IMG/VR virus record: IMGVR_UViG_2534681663_000017
Location: 1 to 37,827 of that record
DNA length: 37,827 bases
Reading direction: 5' to 3' (one strand)
DNA from: a virus
Taxonomy: Duplodnaviria; Heunggongvirae; Uroviricota; Caudoviricetes
Shown here: one piece after another, positions 8,916 to 18,054 of the stretch
Numbering within the stretch: the first letter of the stretch is position 1
Layout: every line of letters starts with the position of its first letter
The notes under the pieces: generated by a model
The model's input: only the letters and a program-made list of their open reading frames with translations
Told to the model about the DNA's origin: nothing
The model's database searches: none
Made by a program: the position numbers and the translations under genes

Positions 8916-9446
8916 TTAACCTTGTATAGTTATTTGAATATTTTCTTCATTGACACCAAAGTATAGGGCTAGCCCTGCTTTTGCCTCCTGAAGTGTTAAC
9001 GGCTTAACTACATTTTCTTCTTCTTCTTCGTACTCATCACCCGCTTGATCGACAATCGAATTAGTCGGGGTTAATTTTGGAAGAGCTTTAAATTCCAACT
9101 TGTCAGCCTCAATGCCAATGTCTTTGAGGTTGCGATAAGAAACGGGATTCCGATTGCCATCCCATTGTCCTGGGATGTCAATTTCAGCATAAGAATTGAT
9201 GTTTATGATCCAGCGTTTAGGGTTTTCTGGAGCCCTGCTTACTCCCGAGATTCGACCGATCATAAAAGCATGATGATGTTTTGCTTCTTGTGATCCCCAG
9301 TCCTTTCTCGAATTTTGTACACAAACTAAATATTCGTGCTTAGCTGCATGGCTGGCGTCAAGTCTCCATGCTTGGCTTCCCCCTGTGTTCAAAATCTCTG
9401 TTAAACCACGAGCAGTAAGTACAGTAATACAGTTGGTAGTAGCCAT
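8916..9446 (-). CDS. Hypothetical cargo protein at the old/tin-equivalent position (acidic EEEEE stretch), candidate defence or accessory gene
   Basis: 176-aa ORF on the opposite strand to the early operon, RBS GGAGTCAC before ATG 9446, AT-rich codon usage; no motif recognised. Confidence 0.55.
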   Translation of the reverse strand: MATTNCITVLTARGLTEILNTGGSQAWRLDASHAAKHEYLVCVQNSRKDWGSQEAKHHHAFMIGRISGVSRAPENPKRWIININSYAEIDIPGQWDGNRNPVSYRNLKDIGIEADKLEFKALPKLTPTNSIVDQAGDEYEEEEENVVKPLTLQEAKAGLALYFGVNEENIQITIQG

Positions 9447-9763
9447 TGAATTGTGACTCCGTCTTTTTTAGAGAAATACTATTGATGAATGTAGTTTACG
9501 TATTTTTTTATTGAGTAGTCAAGTTAGTATTCTGCTCGTTATTGGCTGTTTTTTGAGTGTTGTGAGTTAGTACTTTGTGTAGTACCTCTTGGTTTATGAG
9601 GGTTAAATCTAAGTTATGACAAAGGGAGGCAGGGGGAACGCGCAGCGCAAGGGGTACAGGAGGCCATAAGGACTCACTTGAAGTAAGAAAAGATCGATAA
9701 AGCAACAATGCATGTCTATGCCGCATGAATTCGCATGATCGTTTGAGGATCGTTTTAGCTGAG

Positions 9764-9791
9764 GCCCGCTAGGAATGGCGGGCTTTTGTTT
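9764..9791 (+). terminator. Rho-independent terminator-like hairpin (GCCCGC-loop-GCGGGC + TTTTGTTT)
   Basis: 6-bp GC stem, 8-nt loop, followed by a T-tract; located just upstream of the cos-like motif. Confidence 0.4.
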
Positions 9792-9832
9792 ATGTCATGC
9801 AAGTGCATGAAAACCACTACATAAAGCGGGCA

Positions 9833-9851
9833 GGCGTGGCGGGGATACGAG
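9833..9851 (+). other. Candidate cos site (cohesive-end motif GGCGTGGCGGGGA...)
   Basis: GGCGTGGCGGGGATACGAG followed by GCGCGC resembles the 19-nt cohesive ends recalled for 186 (GGCGTGGCGGGGAAAGCAT) and P2 (GGCGAGGCGGGGAAAGCAC); orientation relative to Q is as in P2. Match is partial and recalled from memory. Confidence 0.35.
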
Positions 9852-10133
9852 CGCGCGCACCTTCTAATAATTACAAAGTCATTGAGATATGCAGGGGATA
9901 TTCTATATTTCATTTAATCGATATACCCAACCGAGCTACTAGATTGATTGTGCAAAGTTAATCAACTAACTATTAGGTGAAAATATATTCCCAATAGTTA
10001 TCATTCAGATTTATTTAATTCCTCGTTCGTATCATTTTTTATTTACCAATAAGCTGTGTGATTTTTATGTTAAATTAACGGCAATAGCATAATATGTTGT
10101 GAAAATGTGATGAGATCTACTTGATATTATTTT

Positions 10134-10139
10134 TATAAT
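10134..10139 (+). promoter_or_regulatory. Perfect -10 hexamer TATAAT upstream of the cargo operon (weak -35)
   Basis: TATAAT at 10134..10139 in an AT-rich leader about 80 bp before the 10217 start; no good -35 at 17-bp spacing. Confidence 0.25.
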
Positions 10140-10216
10140 GGTGTTAATTGTTAGTCAGCTAAACGGTGTTACATTTTATTTTCAACGAAATTAAGTTTTT
10201 GTCATGGAGAGGCTTT

Positions 10217-11038
10217 ATGAAGGTTAGTTTTGATGTTGTTATTAAAAGTGGTGCTTATGATGTTGATATGGATTACGCGCTTAAAACATTAGCTGGTACA
10301 TCGAATGTAGTTTGCCTTTTGGCAGAAGCGATACTTCGTGGAAGAATTATTGAACGGCGTACCCATGCAAATGATATCAGAGCAAAGCTTAAACACAGTT
10401 TTCCGGGTTCTTATGGTCAAAAATTTGACATCGAGATAAATGACTCGACACTGATTTCTCGTTTGAATTCTATGGGACGTAGTGTTTTCTCTGAAGTAAT
10501 GAGTTACTATATTTGTGAAGCGCTATATGTTGAGCATAATGGTTTGACAGATGCAGCACAGAAAATCATTGATAGTTTAGTTGCAATAGAGGATGAGCTT
10601 ACAAAGCGAATTCGTTCCCCACTAAAAGATATGCATAAAGTCACTACAATGAATGGTTATAATGTTGAGTTATCTTATCGAAAACCTGGATCACCAGAAA
10701 ACATTATAACGTTGACACCAGAAACTGAGATTAATATTTCAGATACTGAAATACTACAGGTTTCCCATGATATATCTGTAATCATAACTCGTTTTAATTC
10801 AATGACAGGAAATGGTCGACTTATACTTGAAGGGTATGAAGAACATGGCACTGTAGCATTTGGATTTTATGATAATTTAAGATATGTAACAGAAAACCAT
10901 AAAAGACAAATCACTCAAAACTTGCATCACAATAATGGCCTTCCATCAGATAGATGGCAATATATGAATTTAACTGTAAGTGATATGGTTCTTCCTAGTG
11001 GGGATGTTATTAAATATCTAATTCGTAATATACCTTGA
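10217..11038 (+). CDS. Hypothetical soluble protein, gene 1 of AT-rich two-gene cargo operon (candidate defence sensor/partner)
   Basis: ORF track starts at GTG 10166; ATG 10217 has GGAGAGG upstream (273 aa). No recognisable catalytic motif; strongly AT-biased codons. Confidence 0.6.
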   Translation: MKVSFDVVIKSGAYDVDMDYALKTLAGTSNVVCLLAEAILRGRIIERRTHANDIRAKLKHSFPGSYGQKFDIEINDSTLISRLNSMGRSVFSEVMSYYICEALYVEHNGLTDAAQKIIDSLVAIEDELTKRIRSPLKDMHKVTTMNGYNVELSYRKPGSPENIITLTPETEINISDTEILQVSHDISVIITRFNSMTGNGRLILEGYEEHGTVAFGFYDNLRYVTENHKRQITQNLHHNNGLPSDRWQYMNLTVSDMVLPSGDVIKYLIRNIP

Positions 11039-11048
11039 TAGAGTTATT

Positions 11049-11744
11049 ATGAAAATTCACTCTATTAAAATCTTTGCTGCATTAGTAATTATAATTACGT
11101 GGTTGAGTTATTTTGCAAAGTTTGGTGATTGGTTTAACTTCTCGAGTGATACGGCTGTTTGGGGGCAGTTTGGGGATTTTTTAGGAGGGGTGATTAATCC
11201 ACTGCTTACATTTATATCTGTTGTTTACTTGATTAACTCTGTAAATCTTCAGCGAGAGGCGAACGCTAGCCTGATTGCGCTTGAAGAGTTTAAGAAAACT
11301 GAGACCAAATTTTATAACATGCTTGAGTCACAACGAAGTGGCTTCGAAAGCTTTAAAATTGTAGATAGTGTGGATGGGAAACCTTTAGTTATCAAGGACG
11401 GTGACGCGGTTACATATATTGAGGATGTTGTTGTAGAAATGGTAATCCAAGGAAGTACAAAAGGAGAAATCTCAAATAAAATAGGTGGAATGGATAAAGC
11501 GGATAATATATTTAGTATAGTGAGGCGCTTTCATAATATTATTAAGTTGATTAAAAGGGAAATTCCGGAAAACTTAAGAAGTGAATATTATGATAGTTTA
11601 GTTAATATGACTGAGTATAAGCAAATATGTCTTATATTAATATCAATGGAGCTTTTTGATTGGCCTATTTTAAGTAGCATTGATGAAAGTGGTGTGTTTA
11701 ATATTGAGGCATTAATGGAATATAGAAAAGCATTTAGACCATAA
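11049..11744 (+). CDS. Two-TM membrane protein, gene 2 of cargo operon (candidate membrane effector)
   Basis: 231 aa; two N-terminal hydrophobic helices (IKIFAALVIIITWLSYFAKF and FGDFLGGVINPLLTFISVVYLI) then a charged soluble domain; starts 10 bp after gene 1. Confidence 0.65.
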   Translation: MKIHSIKIFAALVIIITWLSYFAKFGDWFNFSSDTAVWGQFGDFLGGVINPLLTFISVVYLINSVNLQREANASLIALEEFKKTETKFYNMLESQRSGFESFKIVDSVDGKPLVIKDGDAVTYIEDVVVEMVIQGSTKGEISNKIGGMDKADNIFSIVRRFHNIIKLIKREIPENLRSEYYDSLVNMTEYKQICLILISMELFDWPILSSIDESGVFNIEALMEYRKAFRP

Positions 11745-11750
11745 CTGAAT

Positions 11751-11786
11751 AAGAAACAATGCTTAGGCATTGTTTCTTGTGTTTAT
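11751..11786. terminator. Terminator hairpin between cargo operon and portal gene (12-bp perfect stem)
   Basis: AAGAAACAATGC-TTAG-GCATTGTTTCTT followed by GTGTTTATAAT; sits between the convergent 3' ends of the two-TM gene and Q. Confidence 0.55.
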
Positions 11787-11788
11787 AA

Positions 11789-12820
11789 TCAATCAAGGTT
11801 ATATTTTTTGAATTGAATAATTTTATCTTCTAGCCATTCATTAACTTCTTTCATCCTTTTTTGTAATGGTAAAAGTTCATTTCGAACAAAAACATTCGCT
11901 GCCTTCTCCACATCCCCAAATCCCCCAACATTATTCGGCATTATCCCCATCATTTGTGGCGGCACACGATGCGCCGCCATCATGTCGTCCCGGCTCACGT
12001 TCTTGATATTCAGGAACTCATCCTTCGCCGCCACTTCTGACAACGGGATAATCTGAAGCCCGTCCTTTTTACCGTTAGGCGAGTACATAAACAGGTTACG
12101 GAAGTTACCAGGACCTTTGGCGCTTTTCATCGCATTGCGGAGGTTGTTCACATCCTCCTGGTTCTGCGCAGCATCGGTCATGTACATGATGAAGCCTGCA
12201 TGACTGCCGTTAATGTAATACTTGCGGCGGAACAGCGTGGCGGACTCGTTGAGCAGAGCTGACGGAATGGCAGAAAGATAACCGGGCAGGCCGTAGATCT
12301 CCTGGTTGATGTCCGGTTCCATCAGATGAAAAATGCTGCCTTTCGTGAACTGATACGGCTGGGGTGTCATACCGTATTGCACAAACCAGTAGGTATCCAG
12401 GTCTAACCCGCGTCGGGTGTATTTTGCCAGCGCAGGCTCAAGGGCGATAACTTCACCGAATCGGTTCGTGCGTTTCTCCAGGTAGGCGTTACCAAATACC
12501 AGATAGTCCTGCACAAAACGCGAAAAAGCCTGCTGGCTGAGCAGCGGATGAGGGATATAGGTACTGGTCAGAATGTTGCACTTTACTGCAATCGGGGAAC
12601 TGTGATGCACGGCAGCGCGGAAGGTGCGCGCCAGTCCGTCAAAGCTGACGGGCGGCTCATACCAACGGTCCATCTGTACGCATTCCACATAGTCCAGCAG
12701 TTCTCGGCGGTCCAGAACAGGAACGGGATCGCCGAAGCTGAATGCTTCGGCTGTAGTCTGGTTTTTAAGCTGGATCTGTTTCGTCGCCGCAGCGCGGTTC
12801 TTCTTACTCTTTCCCATCAA
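11789..12820 (-). CDS. Q: Portal (capsid) protein, P2 gpQ family
   Basis: 343-aa ORF, size and position match P2 Q; translationally coupled to P upstream on the minus strand. Confidence 0.9.
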   Translation of the reverse strand: MMGKSKKNRAAATKQIQLKNQTTAEAFSFGDPVPVLDRRELLDYVECVQMDRWYEPPVSFDGLARTFRAAVHHSSPIAVKCNILTSTYIPHPLLSQQAFSRFVQDYLVFGNAYLEKRTNRFGEVIALEPALAKYTRRGLDLDTYWFVQYGMTPQPYQFTKGSIFHLMEPDINQEIYGLPGYLSAIPSALLNESATLFRRKYYINGSHAGFIMYMTDAAQNQEDVNNLRNAMKSAKGPGNFRNLFMYSPNGKKDGLQIIPLSEVAAKDEFLNIKNVSRDDMMAAHRVPPQMMGIMPNNVGGFGDVEKAANVFVRNELLPLQKRMKEVNEWLEDKIIQFKKYNLD

Positions 12821-14583
12821 AAAATCTCCACAATATTGCTGGTATTGGCGGATTCGCCCTGCAGCGGTTCGTTAAACAGTGCGTGCATTGTTGCCCAGGC
12901 CAGATCGGCGTGGCTGGCTTCTTCGCTGCGGCTGGCTTCATAGGTCGGGCGGTTGCCGCTGGCGGTGGTTGCGCGACGGATTGCCATGAATGACTGCGCA
13001 ATGTCGGTGTGTCCGGCGTCAAACTCCAGACGGCGGTGGCTGATAATGTCGTAGGCCTTGAGTACCAGGGCGTTTTTAACGTTGGGATTGTAGACAAACT
13101 CCCTGACGGCAGGAAAAAACGCTTTCACGTTCTCGTAAACCCCGTGACCGACGCCGGTCGAGTCGATGCCGATATAGGTCACGTTATACTGTTCGGTCAG
13201 TTTTTTGATGGCGTCAGCCTGGGCGCGGAAGTCCATCCCGCGCCACTGGTGACGCTCAAGAATGCGGAACTTACCGCCCGGCACGGCTGGCGGTGCCACC
13301 ACCACGCATCCGGCGCTGTCGCCGTTCTGTGTACCTTTTGCCGGGTCATAACCGATCCAAACCTCGCGCCAGCCAAACGGGCGCAGCGCCAGTGCATGAA
13401 AGTCGGTCCAGACTTCCCAACTGTCCACCATGCACGCCTGCAGCTCGCTGAGCGGGAACACGGACGCGAGATCGTCCACGAACTCACACATCAGCAGGTT
13501 CTGGTATTCGTCCGGGCTGTACTCCATGCGCAACTGGTCGAGATCGAACAGGTTACAGCCGCCGCGCACCGCATCTTCCACGGTGACTATCTGGCGGTAT
13601 TGCCCGTCTGCGCACAGCAGGCCGGGGGCCAGATTGTTGTGGGACAGGTCGATGTCCACCTTATCGGCTTTGTTGCGCCCACGATTGAACAGCGCACCGG
13701 ACCAGAACGGATAAGCACTGTGGGTCAGGCTGGATGGCGTGGAAAAATAGGTTTGTCGCCATTTTTTGTGAATAGCCATACCGGAAGCCACTTTGCGCAG
13801 CTCCTGAAATTTCGGTATCCAGAAATATTCATCCAGATACAGGTTGCCGTGATAACTCTGGGCCGTGCGGGCATTGGTGCCGAGGAAGTAAAGCGTGGCA
13901 CCGTTAGGAAGCACCATCGGATCACCTTTCAGCTCCACCTCCACTTCTTTGGCGAAGTCGATGATGTACTGCTTAAAGACGTAGGCCTGTGCCTTGCTGG
14001 CGGAAAGGAAAATCTGGTTACGTCCGGTCAGCAGGGCGTCAATCAGGGCTTCACGGGCAAAATAGAAGGTTGCGCCGATCTGGCGTGACTTCAGCAGGTT
14101 GCGGATGCGGTTGGTTTTTCCGGCTTCCCACCAGTGGCGCTGGTAGTTGAACATGGAGGAATGGAAAATTTCTTCCAGCTTCTCAATCTGTTCATCGGTG
14201 AAAACGTTCTTTTCCGGCTGACGGCGTGGGCCTTTGTTGCGGTTGGCGACGTTAGGGTTTAAGTCGGATTCGTTGCCGCCATTGTTAAACTTGCCGATCC
14301 GCGCGTGGCGTTCCGACTGGCGCGCCAGCAGGTCAATCTCTTTGAAATCTTTCCCTTCTTTGTGCTCCTTCATAATGAGCTGGCAGTAGCGTGCGGCGGT
14401 GGTGAGCTGCATCTGATCCAGCGGCCCATAGTCACCCCACTTGTCGCGTTTTTTCCAGCTGTGAACGGTTGCAACTTTCTCGCCCAGCATTTCAGCAATG
14501 CGGGCTACGCGGTATCCCTGAAAGTACAGCAGCATGGCCTGCCGACGGGGATCGAGATCTGCGGGTGTCAGTGTGGTGTTCAT
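12817..14583 (-). CDS. P: Terminase large (ATPase) subunit, P2 gpP family
   Basis: 588 aa; Walker-A-like SRQIGATFYF region and P2-P-like length; divergent from the O-N-M-L operon. Confidence 0.9.
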   Translation of the reverse strand: MNTTLTPADLDPRRQAMLLYFQGYRVARIAEMLGEKVATVHSWKKRDKWGDYGPLDQMQLTTAARYCQLIMKEHKEGKDFKEIDLLARQSERHARIGKFNNGGNESDLNPNVANRNKGPRRQPEKNVFTDEQIEKLEEIFHSSMFNYQRHWWEAGKTNRIRNLLKSRQIGATFYFAREALIDALLTGRNQIFLSASKAQAYVFKQYIIDFAKEVEVELKGDPMVLPNGATLYFLGTNARTAQSYHGNLYLDEYFWIPKFQELRKVASGMAIHKKWRQTYFSTPSSLTHSAYPFWSGALFNRGRNKADKVDIDLSHNNLAPGLLCADGQYRQIVTVEDAVRGGCNLFDLDQLRMEYSPDEYQNLLMCEFVDDLASVFPLSELQACMVDSWEVWTDFHALALRPFGWREVWIGYDPAKGTQNGDSAGCVVVAPPAVPGGKFRILERHQWRGMDFRAQADAIKKLTEQYNVTYIGIDSTGVGHGVYENVKAFFPAVREFVYNPNVKNALVLKAYDIISHRRLEFDAGHTDIAQSFMAIRRATTASGNRPTYEASRSEEASHADLAWATMHALFNEPLQGESANTSNIVEIF

Positions 14584-14629
14584 GGCACAAACCTACAGCC
14601 TTGAATGAAGGCTTTCCCCGCCTGCGGTT

Positions 14630-14647
14630 TGTGTGGTTGTCGGTACA
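14630..14647. promoter_or_regulatory. TGT-N12-ACA dyad (Ogr/B-type late-activator binding site) in the P/O divergent region
   Basis: TGTGTGGTTGTCGGTACA; centre is 87 bp upstream of the O start codon, the same spacing as the site upstream of FI. Confidence 0.4.
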
Positions 14648-14725
14648 AATACCGCGCATTGTTTCACTGCCCCCATCACCGCAACCATAAGGCTCCAGTA
14701 AGTTTTTTCTAACGGAGCACGGCTC

Positions 14726-15559
14726 ATGACAGTGAAAGCAAAGCGTTTTCGCATCGGGGTGGAAGGTGCCACTACCGACGGACGCGAAATCCAGCGTGAA
14801 TGGCTGGAACAGATGGCAGCCAGCTACAATCCGGCGGTGTACACCGCGCTGATTAACCTTGAGCACATCAAGTCTTATCTTCCGGACAGCACCTTTAACC
14901 GCTACGGCAAGGTGACGGCGCTGTTTGCTGAAGAAATCACGGAAGGTCCGCTGGCAGGCAAGATGGCACTGTATGCCGACGTTGAGCCAACGGAGTCCCT
15001 GGTGGAACTGGTGAAAAAAGGCCAGAAATTATTCACCTCTATGGAAGTCAGCCCGAAGTTTGCTGATACGGGCAAAGCCTACCTGGTCGGCCTGGCTGCC
15101 ACTGATGATCCCGCCAGTCTGGGTACGGAAATGCTGACATTCAGCGCCAGTGCAGCCCATAACCCGCTGGCAAACCGCAAGCAGAATCCCGCCAATCTTT
15201 TTACCGCTGCAGAGGAAACGGTGATCGAACTGGAAGAAATCCAGGAGGACAAGCCGTCCCTGTTTGCCCGCGTCACGGCGCTGTTCACCAAAAAAGAGCA
15301 GTCCGATGATGCCCGGTTCTCTGATGTGCATAAGGCCGTGGAACTGGTCGCCACTGAGCAGCAAAACCTGAGCACGCGCACCGAAAAATCCCTGTCTGAG
15401 CAGGAAGAACGCCTGTCTGAGATGGAGACTGCCCTGCAGGCACAACAAGCCGCCTTTAACGAACTGGTGGATAAGCTGAGTCATGAAGATAGCCGCCAGG
15501 ACTACCGCCAGCGTGCAACAGGCGGTAACGCCCCCGCTGACACTCTGACCAATTGCTGA
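14726..15559 (+). CDS. O: Capsid scaffolding protein, P2 gpO family
   Basis: 277 aa, first gene of the rightward late operon; GGAG 9 nt upstream. Confidence 0.85.
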   Translation: MTVKAKRFRIGVEGATTDGREIQREWLEQMAASYNPAVYTALINLEHIKSYLPDSTFNRYGKVTALFAEEITEGPLAGKMALYADVEPTESLVELVKKGQKLFTSMEVSPKFADTGKAYLVGLAATDDPASLGTEMLTFSASAAHNPLANRKQNPANLFTAAEETVIELEEIQEDKPSLFARVTALFTKKEQSDDARFSDVHKAVELVATEQQNLSTRTEKSLSEQEERLSEMETALQAQQAAFNELVDKLSHEDSRQDYRQRATGGNAPADTLTNC

Positions 15560-15575
15560 TGGAGCACAAAACCCG

Positions 15576-16634
15576 ATGAAGAAGAATACCCGCTTTGCTT
15601 TTAACGCTTACCTGCAGCAGCTGGCGCGTCTGAACGGTGTGGCAGTTGAAGAACTGTCCAGCAAGTTCACCGTCGAACCGTCCGTGCAGCAGACGCTGGA
15701 AGACCAGATCCAGCAGTCCGCCGCTTTCCTGACACTGATTAACGTCACGCCAGTGACTGAGCAGTCCGGTCAGCTGCTGGGGCTGGGTGTTGGCAGCACC
15801 ATTGCCGGAACCACTGACACCACCGCGAAAGAGCGTGAACCTGTCGATCCGACGCTGATGGTCGATGTGGAATATAAATGCGAGCAGACCAACTTTGACA
15901 CGGTGCTGACCTACGCGAAGCTGGACCTGTGGGCGAAGTTTCAGGATTTCCAGGTGCGTATCCGTGACGCCATCGTGAAACGTCAGGCACTGGACCGCAT
16001 CATGATCGGCTTTAACGGCGTGAAGCGCGCGAAAACCTCTAACCGTAGCGAAAACCCGCTGCTGCAGGATGTGAACAAAGGCTGGTTGCAGAAAATCCGT
16101 GAGGATGCACCGGATCACGTCATGGGCAGCACCACCACGGGCGGTGAAACCACACCGGGTACGGTGAAAGTCGGGAAAGGTGGCGAATATGCCAACCTGG
16201 ACGCCGTGGTGATGGATGCCGTCAATGAGCTTATCGACGTGGTCTATCAGGACGATGACGATCTGGTGGTGATTTGCGGGCGTGAACTGCTGTCTGACAA
16301 GTATTTCCCGCTGGTCAACAAAGAGCAGGAGAACAGTGAAAAAATGGCTGCCGATATGATCATCAGTCAGAAACGCATGGGGGGCTTGCAGGCCGTGCGT
16401 GCGCCATTCTTCCCGCCGAATGCGCTGCTGATCACCCGTCTGGATAACCTGTCCATCTACTGGCAGGAAGACACCCGCCGCCGTTCAGTTATCGACAACC
16501 CGAAACGTGACCGGATTGAAAATTTTGAATCCGTTAACGAAGCCTATGTGGTTGAAGACTACCGCTGCGCTGCACTGGTGGAAAACATCCAGATTGGCGA
16601 TTTCAGCGCCGCTGCAGCAGAAACCGGAGCGTAA
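15576..16634 (+). CDS. N: Major capsid protein, P2 gpN family
   Basis: 352 aa, follows O; size and order match P2 N. Confidence 0.9.
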   Translation: MKKNTRFAFNAYLQQLARLNGVAVEELSSKFTVEPSVQQTLEDQIQQSAAFLTLINVTPVTEQSGQLLGLGVGSTIAGTTDTTAKEREPVDPTLMVDVEYKCEQTNFDTVLTYAKLDLWAKFQDFQVRIRDAIVKRQALDRIMIGFNGVKRAKTSNRSENPLLQDVNKGWLQKIREDAPDHVMGSTTTGGETTPGTVKVGKGGEYANLDAVVMDAVNELIDVVYQDDDDLVVICGRELLSDKYFPLVNKEQENSEKMAADMIISQKRMGGLQAVRAPFFPPNALLITRLDNLSIYWQEDTRRRSVIDNPKRDRIENFESVNEAYVVEDYRCAALVENIQIGDFSAAAAETGA

Positions 16635-16637
16635 CCC

Positions 16638-17288
16638 ATGAGCCTGAGTCCAGCACGGCAGCATCGCCTGCGCGTTCAGGCTGAACAGGCCGCCCGCGAG
16701 GGCGGCAGTGTTCGCCACGCGTCGGGCTATGACCTGATGCTGCTGCAACTGGCGGAAGACCGCCGCCGTCTCAAGGGTGTTCAGTCCACGGTCAAAAAAG
16801 CGGAAATCAAGGTGGAGCTGCTGCCGAAGTACGCCGCCTGGGCAGAGGGTGTCCTGGCTGCCGGAGGCGCACAGCAGGATGACGTGCTGATGTACGTGAT
16901 GCTGTGGCGCATTGATGCCGGAGATTATGCCGGGGCGCTGGAGATCGGGCGTCACGCCCTGCGTCATGGCTGGGTGATGCCGTTAGGTAACCGCAACGTG
17001 CAGACCGTGCTGGCAGAGGAAATGGCAGATGCAGCCCAGAGCGCAATGCTTGCCGCCACCGGCTTTGATGCCGATCTGTTGCTGCAGACGCTGGAGCTGA
17101 CAGACGGTCTGGATATGCCGGACCAGTCACGGGCGCGTCTGCATAAAGCGATTGGCGCTGTCCTGAGTGAAAGCAATCCGGCTTCCGCCCTTAATCATCT
17201 CAACCATGCGTTACAGCTCGATCCCCGCTGTGGCGTGAAAAAAGACAAACAGCAGCTGGAGCGCAGACTGCGCAATGACAGCCGCTGA
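16638..17288 (+). CDS. M: Terminase endonuclease (small) subunit, P2 gpM family
   Basis: 216 aa directly after N, as in P2. Confidence 0.85.
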   Translation: MSLSPARQHRLRVQAEQAAREGGSVRHASGYDLMLLQLAEDRRRLKGVQSTVKKAEIKVELLPKYAAWAEGVLAAGGAQQDDVLMYVMLWRIDAGDYAGALEIGRHALRHGWVMPLGNRNVQTVLAEEMADAAQSAMLAATGFDADLLLQTLELTDGLDMPDQSRARLHKAIGAVLSESNPASALNHLNHALQLDPRCGVKKDKQQLERRLRNDSR

Positions 17289-17383
17289 CAGAACGTGCCC
17301 CCGCGCACGGGCGGCACGGGGTGGCGAAAGGCACTGCCACATCAAAACCCCGTCCACCGCCCTTTATTTCAGGAGAAAGCAGC

Positions 17384-17848
17384 ATGAAGTTTGTTGCGCC
17401 AGAACAGGCACCGGAACAGGCGGAAATCATCAGAAATACGCCGTTCTGGCCTGATGTGGACTTGTCGGAGTTTCGCAGTGTCATGCGCACTGACGGCACG
17501 GTGACGCAGCTGCGTTTAAAGCAGGTTGCGCTGTCGGCAATTTCGGAGGTCAACGCAGAGCTGTATGAGTTTCGCAGACGCCAGCAGATGCTGGGATATG
17601 CCTCGCTGGCAGAGGTTCCGGCAGAACATCTGGACGGGAAAAGTGAGCGCATTCAGCACTATTTCAACGCGGTTTACTGCTGGGCCCGCGCCATGCTCAA
17701 CGAACGATACCAGGACTATGACGCCACGGCGTCTGGTGTGAAGCGAGGCGAGGAACTGGCGGAAGCCAGCGGTGATTTATGGCGTGACGCCCGCTGGGCC
17801 ATCAGCCGGGTACAGGACGCGCCGCACTGCACAGTGGAGCTTATCTGA
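17384..17848 (+). CDS. L: Head completion/stabilisation protein, P2 gpL family
   Basis: ATG 17384 with AGGAGA upstream (ORF track begins earlier at 17321); stop overlaps X start. Confidence 0.8.
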   Translation: MKFVAPEQAPEQAEIIRNTPFWPDVDLSEFRSVMRTDGTVTQLRLKQVALSAISEVNAELYEFRRRQQMLGYASLAEVPAEHLDGKSERIQHYFNAVYCWARAMLNERYQDYDATASGVKRGEELAEASGDLWRDARWAISRVQDAPHCTVELI

Positions 17849-18051
17849 TGAAAGTGCGTGCGCATCAGTATGACACGGTGGACGCGCTTTGCTGGCGTCA
17901 TTACGGGCGCACGCAGGGTGTCACGGAGCAGGTACTGAAGGCAAATCCGGGGCTTGCCGAATACGGCCCCTTTTTACCTCACGGGCTGCAGGGGGAGCTG
18001 CCGGACATTCCGACCACCACCACCGTGCAGACCGTCCAGCTATGGGACTGA
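17848..18051 (+). CDS. X: Tail protein X
   Basis: 67 aa, same length and position as P2 gpX. Confidence 0.8.
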   Translation: MKVRAHQYDTVDALCWRHYGRTQGVTEQVLKANPGLAEYGPFLPHGLQGELPDIPTTTTVQTVQLWD

Positions 18052-18054
18052 ATT

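Noticed and set aside
8784-8966. 60-aa plus-strand ORF downstream of the DinI-like gene
   Set aside because: Overlaps the 3' end of the convergent 176-aa gene and has no RBS; likely spurious.
9508-9726. 72-aa minus-strand ORF in the AT-rich region before the cos-like site
   Set aside because: No RBS, low-complexity translation, and it lies in what looks like promoter/leader DNA; treated as non-coding.
13009-14088. 359-aa plus-strand ORF inside the terminase gene region
   Set aside because: Entirely antisense to the well-supported gpP ORF; long open frames on the opposite strand are expected in GC-rich coding DNA. No RBS, and its composition (Val/Ala/Gly/Arg-rich) looks like antisense read-through.
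15456-16118. 220-aa minus-strand ORF overlapping the capsid genes O/N
   Set aside because: Antisense to the scaffold and capsid genes of the late operon; Arg/His/Gln-rich junk-like composition.
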